Shown: positions 9,896-19,764 of the stretch, one piece after another
How the letters are laid out: every line of letters starts with the position of its first letter
Position numbering within the stretch: position 1 is the stretch's first letter
From: Candidatus Moraniibacteriota bacterium
GTDB lineage: Bacteria > Patescibacteriota > Minisyncoccia > Moranbacterales > UBA2206
Reading direction: 5' to 3'
Assembly (NCBI GenBank): GCA_003543115.1
Contig: DPJH01000036.1
Coordinates: 9,182-73,181, forward strand
Length of the DNA: 64,000 nucleotides
The notes under the pieces: model-generated
What the model saw: only the letters and a program-made list of their open reading frames with translations
The model's database searches: none
What the model was told of the DNA's origin: nothing
Program-made: the position numbers and the translations under genes

Positions 9896-10183
9896 TTTGA
9901 CAAAACATAAAAAAAGGAGTATACTGAAAATAGTTAATAAGAAACGGGTGATTTTTATCCTCCGTTTTTTATGTTTTAAAACCCCACACCAATTCCTGTT
10001 AATAAATTTTAATTGGAAGTGGCGTGGGGGCTAAAAACAAAAATAAAAATAAAAACAAATAAAGCAGCCTGCGCAAGCAGAATCAAAAAAACAAGGCTAG
10101 GTATTCCTTGCCTTAGGCCCAGAAGTTAATCTTCGAGGGTTCTAAATAAAAAGCGCCTCTCAATAAAATGGAGGCTGCTTTTT

Positions 10184-10462
10184 TTATATTTTTATTTTAT
10201 CTATCGCCTTGCCGCCTATTTCACTGTTAATTTTCCTTACTATTTTATCTCTATTAAGCCATAATTCAGAAGACCAGACGGAGCTGTTGGATTTTATAAA
10301 AATAGTCTTGTCTTTGTAATATTCCGGGCGCAAATTAGCCAGGCCAATATTCCCAAACTCTTCTTTGATTATTTTTTTAAAAATAAAAAAAATAGTCTTG
10401 TCGTCAAGATTTTTTACTTGAAAAACATTCTTTTGGGATAAATAGCTCTTAATTAATTTCAT
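10184..10462 (-). CDS. DUF721/DciA-like protein
   Basis: A 92-aa basic protein sits directly downstream of dnaN with a 1-nt gap. DUF721 (DciA) proteins characteristically sit in dnaA-dnaN operons. Confidence 0.45.
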   Translation of the reverse strand: MKLIKSYLSQKNVFQVKNLDDKTIFFIFKKIIKEEFGNIGLANLRPEYYKDKTIFIKSNSSVWSSELWLNRDKIVRKINSEIGGKAIDKIKI

Positions 10463-10463
10463 C

Positions 10464-11618
10464 CTATCCTTTTATTGGCATTACAATATATATATATTCA
10501 TCTAAAACTTCTCCTGTTTTTTCATTTATCTCCTTAATAGCCACCGGGGAAGATTCATTGTTTAATAAAATTGCCACCTTGCCGGTTCCAATAATATTTA
10601 TTCCATCTAAAAGGTATTTTGAGTTAAAAACTACTTCTTGAGATGGCCCTACGATGTCTACCATAAGCTCTGTTGAATTTTCTCCACACTCTACGCTTCT
10701 CGCTTCAATAAAAAACTTTTCTGCCTCAGAATCGATTTTAAAAACGATCTCGCTATTTTTAGTTTTGGAAAAAACGCTCGACATTTTTATTGCTCCTTGA
10801 ATAGTACTTTTTTCACCCACAACCCTTGTTTGAAATTCCTTAGGCATTATATGTTTATATTCAGGATATTTCCCATTAATAAGCCTTGATACAATATTAA
10901 CCCCATTAATCTCAAAAAATATCTGTCCATCCTCTATGGCTATATTTATTTCTTCATCTATTTCACTGTTTATGATACGAGCTATTTCTGATAGTGTATT
11001 GGCAGGTATAATTATGCTGTCTTTTTTAGAGATAAAATCAAGATAACCATCTTTTATATTACCCTCTTCCAATAAAAATTTATTTTCTACCAATCGAAAA
11101 CTGTCAGTAGAGGCAAAATATAATTCATTTTCTTTAAAAATAAGATTTATCCCTGTTAATTCTTGTCTAGTTTCATTAAAAGCCACGCAGCTAATAACCT
11201 TGTTTATTATATTTTTTAATTTAATACTAGAAAGAGTTAATATATAATCACTATTTTTCCTTGGCAAAAGAGGAAAATCATCTGCCATCAATCCTTTTAT
11301 TATTGCTTTAGATGTACCACTTTTTATTTTTAAATTCTGATTATCCACCTCTATATTAATATTTTCTCCAGAAGGAAGATTATTTATAAAATTACTTATA
11401 AGTTTTGCAGGAATTGTAATTTTTCCTTCCTTTTCAATTTTAGCTCCTATTTGTTTAGAAATACCTATTTCCAAATTTGTAGCGGATATTTTCAAAACAC
11501 CATTTTCTGTCTCAAATAATATATTATTCAAAATAGGCAATGTGTTTTGTTTAGAAACTACCCTTTCTGAATTTAGAATAGCTTTTTTGAATTTTTCTTG
11601 AGTGCATGTAAGTTTCAT
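10464..11618 (-). CDS. dnaN: DNA polymerase III beta sliding clamp
   Basis: It is 384 aa with a three-domain clamp architecture and lies immediately downstream of dnaA. Confidence 0.85.
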   Translation of the reverse strand: MKLTCTQEKFKKAILNSERVVSKQNTLPILNNILFETENGVLKISATNLEIGISKQIGAKIEKEGKITIPAKLISNFINNLPSGENINIEVDNQNLKIKSGTSKAIIKGLMADDFPLLPRKNSDYILTLSSIKLKNIINKVISCVAFNETRQELTGINLIFKENELYFASTDSFRLVENKFLLEEGNIKDGYLDFISKKDSIIIPANTLSEIARIINSEIDEEINIAIEDGQIFFEINGVNIVSRLINGKYPEYKHIMPKEFQTRVVGEKSTIQGAIKMSSVFSKTKNSEIVFKIDSEAEKFFIEARSVECGENSTELMVDIVGPSQEVVFNSKYLLDGINIIGTGKVAILLNNESSPVAIKEINEKTGEVLDEYIYIVMPIKG

Positions 11619-11890
11619 AATATTAGATATATAATATATTATTTAAATATATATAAATAAATAGTTATTATATATAGAAAACAAAATTGTTAATAAGTCT
11701 ATTTTATGGCTATAATAAAGTATTTTATCTGTGGATATTGGTGTGGATAACTAAATGATTTGGTTTATTATAAAAAGGAGTTATTTTTTAAATTTCTATA
11801 AATCACTTAATTCTAAACACCTAATCAGTCAAATACTAGAGGTTTATTTATAGGGAATAGAGAGGAAAAAAACAACTTATCCACAAGTTA
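11619..11890. promoter_or_regulatory. dnaA-dnaN intergenic region with DnaA boxes (oriC-associated / dnaN promoter)
   Basis: Perfect DnaA boxes (TTATCCACA or its complement) are at 11742-11750 and 11878-11886, plus a one-mismatch box at 11731-11739. The region is AT-rich. Confidence 0.55.
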
Positions 11891-13267
11891 TCAAGTAATC
11901 TTATATAACCTTTCCTTTATAAGGGTTATTTCTTCTATTAATTTATCATTATTTTTTAATTCTCTGGTTATTTTATTACAAGCATGAATAGTTGTTGTGT
12001 GGTCTCTTCCTCCTAATTTTTCTCCTATTCCCGGAAAAGAATATTCTAATTCGCTTCTCATAAGATACATCGCGATTTGTCGTGGCTTAACAACCTCTTT
12101 TTTTCTATTTTTAATAATCAGATCATTTGGGTTTATATCATAAAAAGACGAGACAATATTGATAATATGTTTATGGTTGATGCCTTTTTTCTTTCCACTG
12201 GTAATAAGTTCTGATAGAAGGGTTGAAACATATTCTAAAGAAGGCTCTTTTCCGCTTAATTGAGAGGAGACCATAACTCTATTAAAAGCTCCTTCAAGTT
12301 CACGAATATTATTAGTTATGTTTTCAGCTATAAAGCTTAATGTTTCACTGGGAATATTAAAATTTTCATCACGAGATTTCTTGCTTAATATAGCCATTCT
12401 TGTTTCAAAATCAGCTTTTGAAACATCAGCAATCATGCCTCCTTCAAAACGTGAACGCAATCTTTCTTCTAGGGTTGGAATAGCTTTTGGAGCTCTATCG
12501 CTGCTTAAAACAATTTGTTTGTTAAGTTGGTATAAATAATTAAAAATATGGAAAAATTCCTCCTGCGTTTTTTCTTTTCCAGATAAAAACTGAACGTCAT
12601 CTATAATCAAAAGATCTATTTTTTGATAATGCTCCTTGAAATCATTTACCTTTTGTGTTCTAATAGAATCTATAAGTTCACTTGTAAAGCGCTCTGAAGT
12701 TATATATTTTACTTTTCTAGAGGGATTTTTTTGTAATATTTCATTGCCAATAGATTGAAGAAGATGTGTTTTTCCAAGTCCCACGCCTCCGTAAATAAAC
12801 AAAGGATTGTAAATTCTGCCTAGATTTTGAGAAACAGCGTAACAAGCAGCCTTAGCAAGCTCATTGCTTGATCCGACTATAAAATTTTCAAAAGTATATT
12901 TAGGATTAAGATTATTTTCTTGGCTTATGGTAAGGGTTTTTTTAATGAGAGGCTTATTTAAGATAATTTTCTTTGGAGGTTGAATAGCATCCACCCTGTT
13001 CTCTGAAAAAGAAGTATCATCGCTTGTTTTTATAGAACAAACAACCTCTCGTATGTTGTTTTGGGTATTGCGGAGAGCTTTAAGAATATATAGATTATAT
13101 TTATTCTCCAGCCATTCTTTAGCAAATCCATTTGGAACGCCAATAACAACCCTTCCATTTTCACTGGAAAGGATAGAAGTGTTTTTAAACCACGTAATAA
13201 AATTAGCTTTCGAAATTGAAAGTTCTATTTCCCCCAAAGCAGCCCTCCAAAGCTCTTCATTAGTCAT
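11891..13267 (-). CDS. dnaA: chromosomal replication initiator DnaA
   Basis: Has the AAA+ Walker A GVGLGKTHL and the C-terminal DnaA-box binding domain (GGRDHTTTIHACNKI). Confidence 0.9.
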   Translation of the reverse strand: MTNEELWRAALGEIELSISKANFITWFKNTSILSSENGRVVIGVPNGFAKEWLENKYNLYILKALRNTQNNIREVVCSIKTSDDTSFSENRVDAIQPPKKIILNKPLIKKTLTISQENNLNPKYTFENFIVGSSNELAKAACYAVSQNLGRIYNPLFIYGGVGLGKTHLLQSIGNEILQKNPSRKVKYITSERFTSELIDSIRTQKVNDFKEHYQKIDLLIIDDVQFLSGKEKTQEEFFHIFNYLYQLNKQIVLSSDRAPKAIPTLEERLRSRFEGGMIADVSKADFETRMAILSKKSRDENFNIPSETLSFIAENITNNIRELEGAFNRVMVSSQLSGKEPSLEYVSTLLSELITSGKKKGINHKHIINIVSSFYDINPNDLIIKNRKKEVVKPRQIAMYLMRSELEYSFPGIGEKLGGRDHTTTIHACNKITRELKNNDKLIEEITLIKERLYKIT

Positions 13268-13530
13268 GGTGTGATATTAATAAGAAAGATTCGTTATAAA
13301 AATAATTATATCATGCAAAAAAACAGATGTCTAAGCAAAATGTGGATAAAGGTGTGGATAAGCTGTTGTTAATAAGAAATAATCATAAATATATGTTCAT
13401 TATAGAATAGGATGGTAAAAAAGCAAATGGGAATAATTTAAATAAAAAGATAAAGCATATAATTGACTTTAGTAGAATTAATTGATAAACTTCTAATTAT
13501 TCAAAATAATAAAGAATATAATATATAAGT
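13268..13530. promoter_or_regulatory. probable oriC / dnaA promoter region (rpmH-dnaA divergent intergenic)
   Basis: Two perfect same-orientation DnaA boxes (TGTGGATAA) sit at 13341-13349 and 13353-13361, followed by a roughly 150-bp very AT-rich tract. This is the canonical rpmH<>dnaA origin context. Confidence 0.6.
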
Positions 13531-13668
13531 ATGAGTCAAACATATCAACCATCCAGTACTAGAAGAAAAAGAAGACATGGGTTTCGCAAAAAAAATGAAA
13601 CTGCTTCTGGCCAAGCTGTGCTGAAAAGAAGGAGAAATAAGGGAAGAAAAAATCTGACCACCGTTTAA
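13531..13668 (+). CDS. rpmH: 50S ribosomal protein L34
   Basis: Hand translation gives [45 protein letters not shown] (45 aa). It is absent from the ORF track only because it is under 60 aa. Confidence 0.85.
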   Translation: MSQTYQPSSTRRKRRHGFRKKNETASGQAVLKRRRNKGRKNLTTV

Positions 13669-13697
13669 GGTGAATTAATTCATTCGAGTTCATAATA

Positions 13698-14054
13698 ATG
13701 CTTCCTTTTAAAAATCGCCTAACTAAAAAAAAGGACCACGAAAAAGTTCAAAAACTAGGATATTTTGTTTCTTTAGGCAATATAGCTATAAAGAGCTTAA
13801 AGAATGACTTAAAGGAGACAAGGATAGGTATTGTAGTTGGTCTTAAATTTTCTAAAAAATCCACAGAAAGAAATCAGGTAAAAAGAATTTTACGTGATAT
13901 TGTTCATACTGAGCTGAAAAACATAGAAAAAGGATGGGATGTCGTTATTATGGCCAGAAAAAGAGAGGAAGAAAAAAGCAAAAATATTAATTTCAAAAAA
14001 AATATGTTGGCTGTCCTTGAAAAAGGAAAGCTATTATTAAATAAAAAATCTTAA
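13698..14054 (+). CDS. rnpA: ribonuclease P protein component
   Basis: A 118-aa basic protein starting MLPFKNRLTKKKD sits at the conserved position after rpmH. Confidence 0.8.
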   Translation: MLPFKNRLTKKKDHEKVQKLGYFVSLGNIAIKSLKNDLKETRIGIVVGLKFSKKSTERNQVKRILRDIVHTELKNIEKGWDVVIMARKREEEKSKNINFKKNMLAVLEKGKLLLNKKS

Positions 14055-14066
14055 ATAAATAAAAAA

Positions 14067-14840
14067 ATGTCTTTTTTGTTCCACGTGTTTGTTTATCAAC
14101 CAATTTATAATCTGCTGATTTTTGTTTATAATATTATACCTGATTTTGGAGTGGCAATAATATTCAGCACTATTGTGGTGAAGTTTTTTCTTATCCCATT
14201 AAGCAAAAAACAAATAGAATCACAAAAGAAAATGCAAGAATTGCAACCAAAAATAAAGGAAATTCAGATAAAATATAAAAAAGATAAAGAAAAACAAAGC
14301 CGTGCAATGATGGAATTATATAAGGAAAGCAAGACCAATCCATTTTCCGGGTGTTTGCCTATGATTGTGCAATTAATTTTTTTAATAGCTATTTACAGGG
14401 TTTTATTCAATATTTCCACAGCCGGATTGGTGGTTAATCAGTCTGATTTATATTCTTTTGTTGCTAACCCAGGACAAATCAATAAAATGTTTTTAAGTTT
14501 GGTTGACTTGGCGGCGGCTATTGATTTCTCTAATATAACCATACAGAGCATGCCGCACATAATATTGGTTGTTTTAGCGGCAGCAGCTCAATTTATTCAG
14601 ACAAAAATGTTGATGAATAAAAGCCCAATTAAAACCAATAAAAATGAAGAACCGGATTTTTCAGAAATAATGACCAAGCAAATGCTTTTTCTTGGGCCCC
14701 TCCTAACTCTTTTTATTGGAATAAAGTTTCCGGCAGGACTTGCTTTATATTGGCTAGTTTCTACTTTGTTTATGGTGATACAGCAAGTATATATGGAAGT
14801 AAGAGCTAAAAAAACGGATAGTTTAAAAGTTAATAGCTAA
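14067..14840 (+). CDS. yidC: membrane protein insertase YidC (short form)
   Basis: It is a multi-TM protein with Oxa1-like core motifs (PLSKKQ..., GCLPMIVQ) at the conserved rnpA-yidC position. Confidence 0.8.
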   Translation: MSFLFHVFVYQPIYNLLIFVYNIIPDFGVAIIFSTIVVKFFLIPLSKKQIESQKKMQELQPKIKEIQIKYKKDKEKQSRAMMELYKESKTNPFSGCLPMIVQLIFLIAIYRVLFNISTAGLVVNQSDLYSFVANPGQINKMFLSLVDLAAAIDFSNITIQSMPHIILVVLAAAAQFIQTKMLMNKSPIKTNKNEEPDFSEIMTKQMLFLGPLLTLFIGIKFPAGLALYWLVSTLFMVIQQVYMEVRAKKTDSLKVNS

Positions 14841-14851
14841 GTTTTAAATAT

Positions 14852-15340
14852 ATGGAAAAAAAAGAAATTAAACTGGAAGATCTAATAAAGGAAATAGTAC
14901 TTGAATTATTACAAAAAATGGGATTTTCTTGTGAAATTGAAATCATTAGGGAAAAAGACGTGGAACAGGAAAGAGAAAACTTGATTTGCAATATTAAAAC
15001 CGAAGAGTCTAATTTTTTAATTGGCCAATATGGAGTTAATTTGCAGTCACTTCAGCATATCGCTCGAGTTTTAGTAAGGCAAAAAACGGAAGAAAGGACA
15101 AATTTTATTTTAGATGTTAATTCATATCGCAAGGAAAAAAATTCTTCCATAATAAATTTAGCCAGGAGCACTGCGCAGCAAGTGATACAGGAAAGGCGGC
15201 CGATAGTTCTTCGACCGATGTCTCCTTATGAGCGAAGATTGGTCCATATGGAGCTTGCTAAAAATACAGCCGTTATAACTGAAAGCACAGGAGAGGGCAA
15301 TGAAAGAAAAATTATAGTTAAGCCAGTGAATATTATATAA
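14852..15340 (+). CDS. Jag/KhpB-like RNA-binding protein (KH + R3H)
   Basis: Has a C-terminal R3H motif (RRPIVLRPMSPYERRLVHMEL) at the conserved yidC-jag position. Confidence 0.75.
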   Translation: MEKKEIKLEDLIKEIVLELLQKMGFSCEIEIIREKDVEQERENLICNIKTEESNFLIGQYGVNLQSLQHIARVLVRQKTEERTNFILDVNSYRKEKNSSIINLARSTAQQVIQERRPIVLRPMSPYERRLVHMELAKNTAVITESTGEGNERKIIVKPVNII

Positions 15341-15420
15341 GGAAACAAAACTGATTTTAGAAATTAGTTGCAGTTTATAATCAAAGCTCATTTATTATTT
15401 TCAAAAATAGAAATTAATAA

Positions 15421-16860
15421 TTGAGAGTTGATAATTTTAAAGTTATGGTTGTTGCTCGAAAAATAGCCTACAATGTTTTTGTTAGTAGTTTAACCAAGGT
15501 TCTATCTACTGTTCTAGCTTTGGTTTCTATTGGATTTATCACCAGATATCTAGGCAGAGAAGGGTTTGGAAATTACGCCACTGTGTTGGCGTTTTTATCT
15601 TTTTTCGCTGCTATTGCTGATTTGGGTCTTTATTCAATTGCTACCAGAGAGATATCCAGAGATGGAGCGGATGAAGAAAAGATATTGGGAAATATTTTTT
15701 CAATTAGGCTATTTTCGAGCTTGTTGGTGTTTATAATATCGCCAGTAGTAATTTATTTTTTCGATTATCCTGATGAGGTTAAGCGGGGCATTCTTATAAT
15801 AGCAGCTTCTTTTATTTTTTCTTCGAGCTATCAGATCCTTAATGGAATTTTTCAAAAGAATTTGGCTATGGACAGGGTGGCTATGAGTGAGCTGGCGGGA
15901 AAAATATTTCAAGTAGCCTTTGTGATACTAGCAATAAAACTAAGACTAGGTTTTGACTGGATAATCGGGGCATTGCTAATAAATATGATAATCAATTTTA
16001 TAATAATTTATTTTTTAGCAAAAAAATACGTTAGAATAAGGCTTCAATTTGACTTTTTCTATTGGAAGTCTTTTTTAAAGAAATCTCTTCCTATGGGAAT
16101 AGCAGCTATAGTGGTTTTTGTTTACTTTAAAATAGACACTATTCTTCTCTCCGTTATGAAAAGCAGCTCGGATGTGGGCATTTACAATGTTGCTTATAAG
16201 GTTTTGGAGAATATTACTTTTTTCCCGGCTATGATAGTGGGGTTGGTCATGCCTATCATGTCAAAGAATATTTTTTCCAATAAAGAAAAGTTTTTAGATG
16301 TTTCCAATAAAACATTTAAAGTCTTCTTTCTTTTGATAGTTCCTTTGATCGTAGGTGTTTTATTTTTGGCAGAAGATATTATTAGGCTTATTGGAGGCGA
16401 GGGATTTTCGGAATCTGTTGGAGTTTTGCGGATATTGGTTTTTGCCTTGGCTCTAATTTTCTTTGGGCAGTTGTTTAATATCATTCTTGTAGTAGGGAAC
16501 TTGCAGAAAAAATTGATGTGGGCGTTGGCAATTGCGGCGACATTCAACATTGTTTCTAATTTAATTTTCATTCCTGAATATTCTTACATAGGATCTTCCT
16601 ACATCTCTGTTGCTACAGAGCTTTTGGTGGTATTATTAACGGGCTACATATCTATCAGAGAAATAAGGTTTTTGCCTAAGACAGAGGGCTTTTTAAGAAT
16701 AGCAATAGCGGGCTCTCTAATGGCGGGATTTTTATATGTTTTTAAGTCCTTAAATTTTTTCATATTAGCCTTAGGAAGCGCCTTGGTTTATTTTGTTTTC
16801 TTATGGATATTTAAGGCTATTAAAACAGAGGAAATAATGAGTTTGATTGCTAAAAAATAA
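15421..16860 (+). CDS. oligosaccharide flippase (Wzx/MOP superfamily)
   Basis: A 479-aa protein with about 12-14 TM helices showing the polysaccharide biosynthesis protein pattern. It is the first gene of the glycan cluster. Confidence 0.65.
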   Translation: MRVDNFKVMVVARKIAYNVFVSSLTKVLSTVLALVSIGFITRYLGREGFGNYATVLAFLSFFAAIADLGLYSIATREISRDGADEEKILGNIFSIRLFSSLLVFIISPVVIYFFDYPDEVKRGILIIAASFIFSSSYQILNGIFQKNLAMDRVAMSELAGKIFQVAFVILAIKLRLGFDWIIGALLINMIINFIIIYFLAKKYVRIRLQFDFFYWKSFLKKSLPMGIAAIVVFVYFKIDTILLSVMKSSSDVGIYNVAYKVLENITFFPAMIVGLVMPIMSKNIFSNKEKFLDVSNKTFKVFFLLIVPLIVGVLFLAEDIIRLIGGEGFSESVGVLRILVFALALIFFGQLFNIILVVGNLQKKLMWALAIAATFNIVSNLIFIPEYSYIGSSYISVATELLVVLLTGYISIREIRFLPKTEGFLRIAIAGSLMAGFLYVFKSLNFFILALGSALVYFVFLWIFKAIKTEEIMSLIAKK

Positions 16861-16875
16861 TAATCTATTTAAATT

Positions 16876-17739
16876 ATGTCTACCCAGCCCAAGGTTTTTA
16901 TTGTCGTTTTAAATTATAACGGCAAAGACGTTATAAAAAAATGTTTAGCCAGTGTTTTTAAGCTGGACTATTCTAATTTTGAAGTGGTGTTTGTTGATAA
17001 TAATTCTAAAGACGGATCTTTGGAGCTGGCCAAGAGCTGTTTTCCCAAGGCGCATTTTATAAAAAACGAGGAAAACTTCGGTTATGCTGCCGGAAATAAT
17101 GCGGGAATCAGGTTTTCTTTGGAGAGAATGGCTGATTACGTGTTGCTTTTGAACAATGATACGGAAGTAGAAAATGATTTTTTAGCAAAGTTGATAGAGG
17201 TGGCTGAAAGTGATAATAAAATAGGCCTTATCAGCCCTATTATTTTTGAGGGAAAAACGAAAAAAGTTTGGTTTTCAGGAGGTGAAATATTATGGAGAAA
17301 AATGAGCAATTTGCACAAAAAAGACATAGAAAACAAGGATTATTATGATTCGGATTTTATAACTGGTTGCAGCATGTTGGTTAAGTCGGGTGTTTTTAAA
17401 AAAATAGGCTTGTTGGACGAAGATTATTTTTTATATTGGGAAGATGCAGATTTTAGCTTAAGGGCAAAGAAAGGGGGTTTTAGAAATGTGGTTGTGTCTT
17501 CTAGTCGAATATATCATTTTGAAGCAAGTGAAAAAAATAAGGAGAACAAAATTTATTGGCTGGTAATATCAGGACTGATATTTTTTAAAAAAAACACTCC
17601 CTGGAATAAAAAATATTGGGTGAAAACCTATCTTTTAATGAGAAAAGCGAAAAACTTATGGGATGTGATGTTTAATAAAAATGAAATTGCCTTGACAGTA
17701 CAGAAAGCATATAAGGATTTTAAAAATGCCAAAATCTAA
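16876..17739 (+). CDS. family 2 glycosyltransferase
   Basis: Carries the GT2 signature VIVLNYNGKDVIKKCLASV...VDNNSKDGS and a DxD-like YWEDADFSLRA. Confidence 0.75.
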   Translation: MSTQPKVFIVVLNYNGKDVIKKCLASVFKLDYSNFEVVFVDNNSKDGSLELAKSCFPKAHFIKNEENFGYAAGNNAGIRFSLERMADYVLLLNNDTEVENDFLAKLIEVAESDNKIGLISPIIFEGKTKKVWFSGGEILWRKMSNLHKKDIENKDYYDSDFITGCSMLVKSGVFKKIGLLDEDYFLYWEDADFSLRAKKGGFRNVVVSSSRIYHFEASEKNKENKIYWLVISGLIFFKKNTPWNKKYWVKTYLLMRKAKNLWDVMFNKNEIALTVQKAYKDFKNAKI

Positions 17740-18493
17740 AGAAATTAAACTATCAATAATAATCGTAAACTACAGGAGCGAACATTATCTAGATAAATGT
17801 TTAGCTTCTATTTATAGCAAGAGCGATTCAAAATATTTTGAAGTCATTATAGTGAATAATGATCAAGAGACTGAATTAAAAACAATAGAACAAAAATATA
17901 TCCACGCCAAAATATATAATTTAAAAAAAAATATCGGTTTTGGCAGGGCATGCAATTATGGAGCCGAGAAATCTACCGGATCAATATTCTTTTTTTTGAA
18001 TCCAGATACCCAATTCTTGAATAATTTCGTAGAATATATATTGGAGAAATTTTCAAAAAGCGAAGAAAAAATCGGAATAATCGGCCCTCGACTTTTGACG
18101 GATAACGGAGAAACTCAAATTTGGTGCACAGGAAAAGACTTGACTGTTGGACAAAGAATTAAGAATCATTTCTGGATAATTGAAAGTAAAGAAATTTGGG
18201 AAAGCAAGGAGGAACTTATAGTGGATTGGGTTAGCGGAGCTGCCTTAGCGATAAAAAATGAAGTTTTTAAAAAAATATACGGTTTTGATGAAAAGTTTTT
18301 CATGTATGGGGAGGATTTAGATTTGTGTGCAAGAGCGAGGGATTTGGGTTATAAAATATTGTATTGTCCTAAGATTTCTGTTTTGCATAGCGGAGGGAAA
18401 AGTAGAAAAAGTTTTTTTAGGCAAAAAATTCAATTTTTTAAATCCTCTTTATATTATATAAAGAAAAGAAGACAGCTAAATTTGAACAAATAG
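17726..18493 (+). CDS. family 2 glycosyltransferase
   Basis: Shows LSIIIVNYRSEHYLDKCLASI and MYGEDLDLCARA, and its 5' end overlaps the previous gene. Confidence 0.75.
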   Translation: MPKSKEIKLSIIIVNYRSEHYLDKCLASIYSKSDSKYFEVIIVNNDQETELKTIEQKYIHAKIYNLKKNIGFGRACNYGAEKSTGSIFFFLNPDTQFLNNFVEYILEKFSKSEEKIGIIGPRLLTDNGETQIWCTGKDLTVGQRIKNHFWIIESKEIWESKEELIVDWVSGAALAIKNEVFKKIYGFDEKFFMYGEDLDLCARARDLGYKILYCPKISVLHSGGKSRKSFFRQKIQFFKSSLYYIKKRRQLNLNK

Positions 18494-18495
18494 AT

Positions 18496-19764
18496 ATGTA
18501 TCAGTTTCTTCTTGTTATGGTTCTATATTTGCCATTTCAATTGGCCATTAATCCTTGGCCAGGCATTGACTTGGCTTCAATTAGAATTTTGATCCTTGTT
18601 TTGTTTTTTTGGTGGTTGGCGCTAGGTCTAAAAAATAGAAAAATAGAAATTAATGACAATATGCAGACTTTTTTTGTTGTTTCTTTTTTATTTTTAAACT
18701 TTCTATCTCTTATAGCTGCCAGAAATGTTGACTGGTCCATAAGGAAGCTCCTTTTTCTCTTTTCTGTTTTCCCTGTTTATTTTGTGGCCAGCCAGATAAT
18801 TATAAACAAAAAGAGGTTATTAAAATTCATTACTGTTATTGTTTTTGGCGCTGCAGCGGCATCGGTTGTTGGTATTTTCCAGTTCTTTTCTCAGTTTGTC
18901 TTTGGGTTTAAGGCGGTGTACTCTTTTTGGGCTAATTTTGTGGTGCTTCCCTTTTTGGGCAGCAGTTTTGGAGAAGCGGTCTTAAAAAATCCCAGCTGGC
19001 TGGTTAATGTTTCAGGCAAAACATATTTGCGCGCCACTTCTATTTTCCCAGACCCTCATATGTTTTCTTTTTATTTGGGCTTGGTTTTGCCGTTGGCTTG
19101 CGGGATGTTTTTGTATGAAAAAAAAAGAAAAGCTTTTTTTCTGGCAGCGGCAATAATTATTTTTTTGGCGGATATTTTTACTTTTTCTCGTGGCGGATAT
19201 CTAGGCTTGTTTGGAGGATTTATCTTCATAAGCATCTTTTTTTGGAACAAGATACAAAAAAAATACAAAATAACTACAGGACTCTTTTTAATAGCGGCTT
19301 TTCTGGTTATGCTGGTTCCTTCACCGATCTCTCAAAGATTTTTGTCTAGTTTTAATACCAAGGAGGGTTCCAATATGGGAAGGATATTGATGTGGGAAAA
19401 AGCGATCGAGGTAATAGCGGACAATCCCGTTTTGGGCGTGGGTATCGGCAACTATCCGCTAGAAGTAAGCGCTGTTTCCACATATCGAGATCCTATCTAT
19501 GCGCATAACACATATTTGGATATTGCCGCTGAGACAGGCCTTTTGAATGCAATAATTTGGATATCATTGCTTGCTATGACCATGGTTAGTTTTTGGAAAA
19601 AATTTAAACAAGAACCCATATTTTTCTTTGCTCTGCTCAGTATGATTGTTTTTTCAATCCACTCCTTAGTAGAAACGGCTGTTTATTCTCCGGCAGTATT
19701 GACGCTTTTTTTATTGATAATAAGTTTTTCCCAGACAAAAATAAGCAATGAAAGAAATATTTAA
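18496..19764 (+). CDS. O-antigen ligase / Wzy_C family membrane protein (polymerase or O-oligosaccharyltransferase)
   Basis: It is polytopic and has the Wzy_C motif GVGIGNYPL...YAHNTYLDIAAETGLLNAI. Confidence 0.65.
   Translation: MYQFLLVMVLYLPFQLAINPWPGIDLASIRILILVLFFWWLALGLKNRKIEINDNMQTFFVVSFLFLNFLSLIAARNVDWSIRKLLFLFSVFPVYFVASQIIINKKRLLKFITVIVFGAAAASVVGIFQFFSQFVFGFKAVYSFWANFVVLPFLGSSFGEAVLKNPSWLVNVSGKTYLRATSIFPDPHMFSFYLGLVLPLACGMFLYEKKRKAFFLAAAIIIFLADIFTFSRGGYLGLFGGFIFISIFFWNKIQKKYKITTGLFLIAAFLVMLVPSPISQRFLSSFNTKEGSNMGRILMWEKAIEVIADNPVLGVGIGNYPLEVSAVSTYRDPIYAHNTYLDIAAETGLLNAIIWISLLAMTMVSFWKKFKQEPIFFFALLSMIVFSIHSLVETAVYSPAVLTLFLLIISFSQTKISNERNI

Noticed and set aside
9896-10183. Possible small ncRNA in the PBP1A/DciA convergent intergenic spacer
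   Set aside because: It contains imperfect hairpins with T-runs, most simply explained as convergent transcription terminators. The evidence is insufficient to call an RNA gene.
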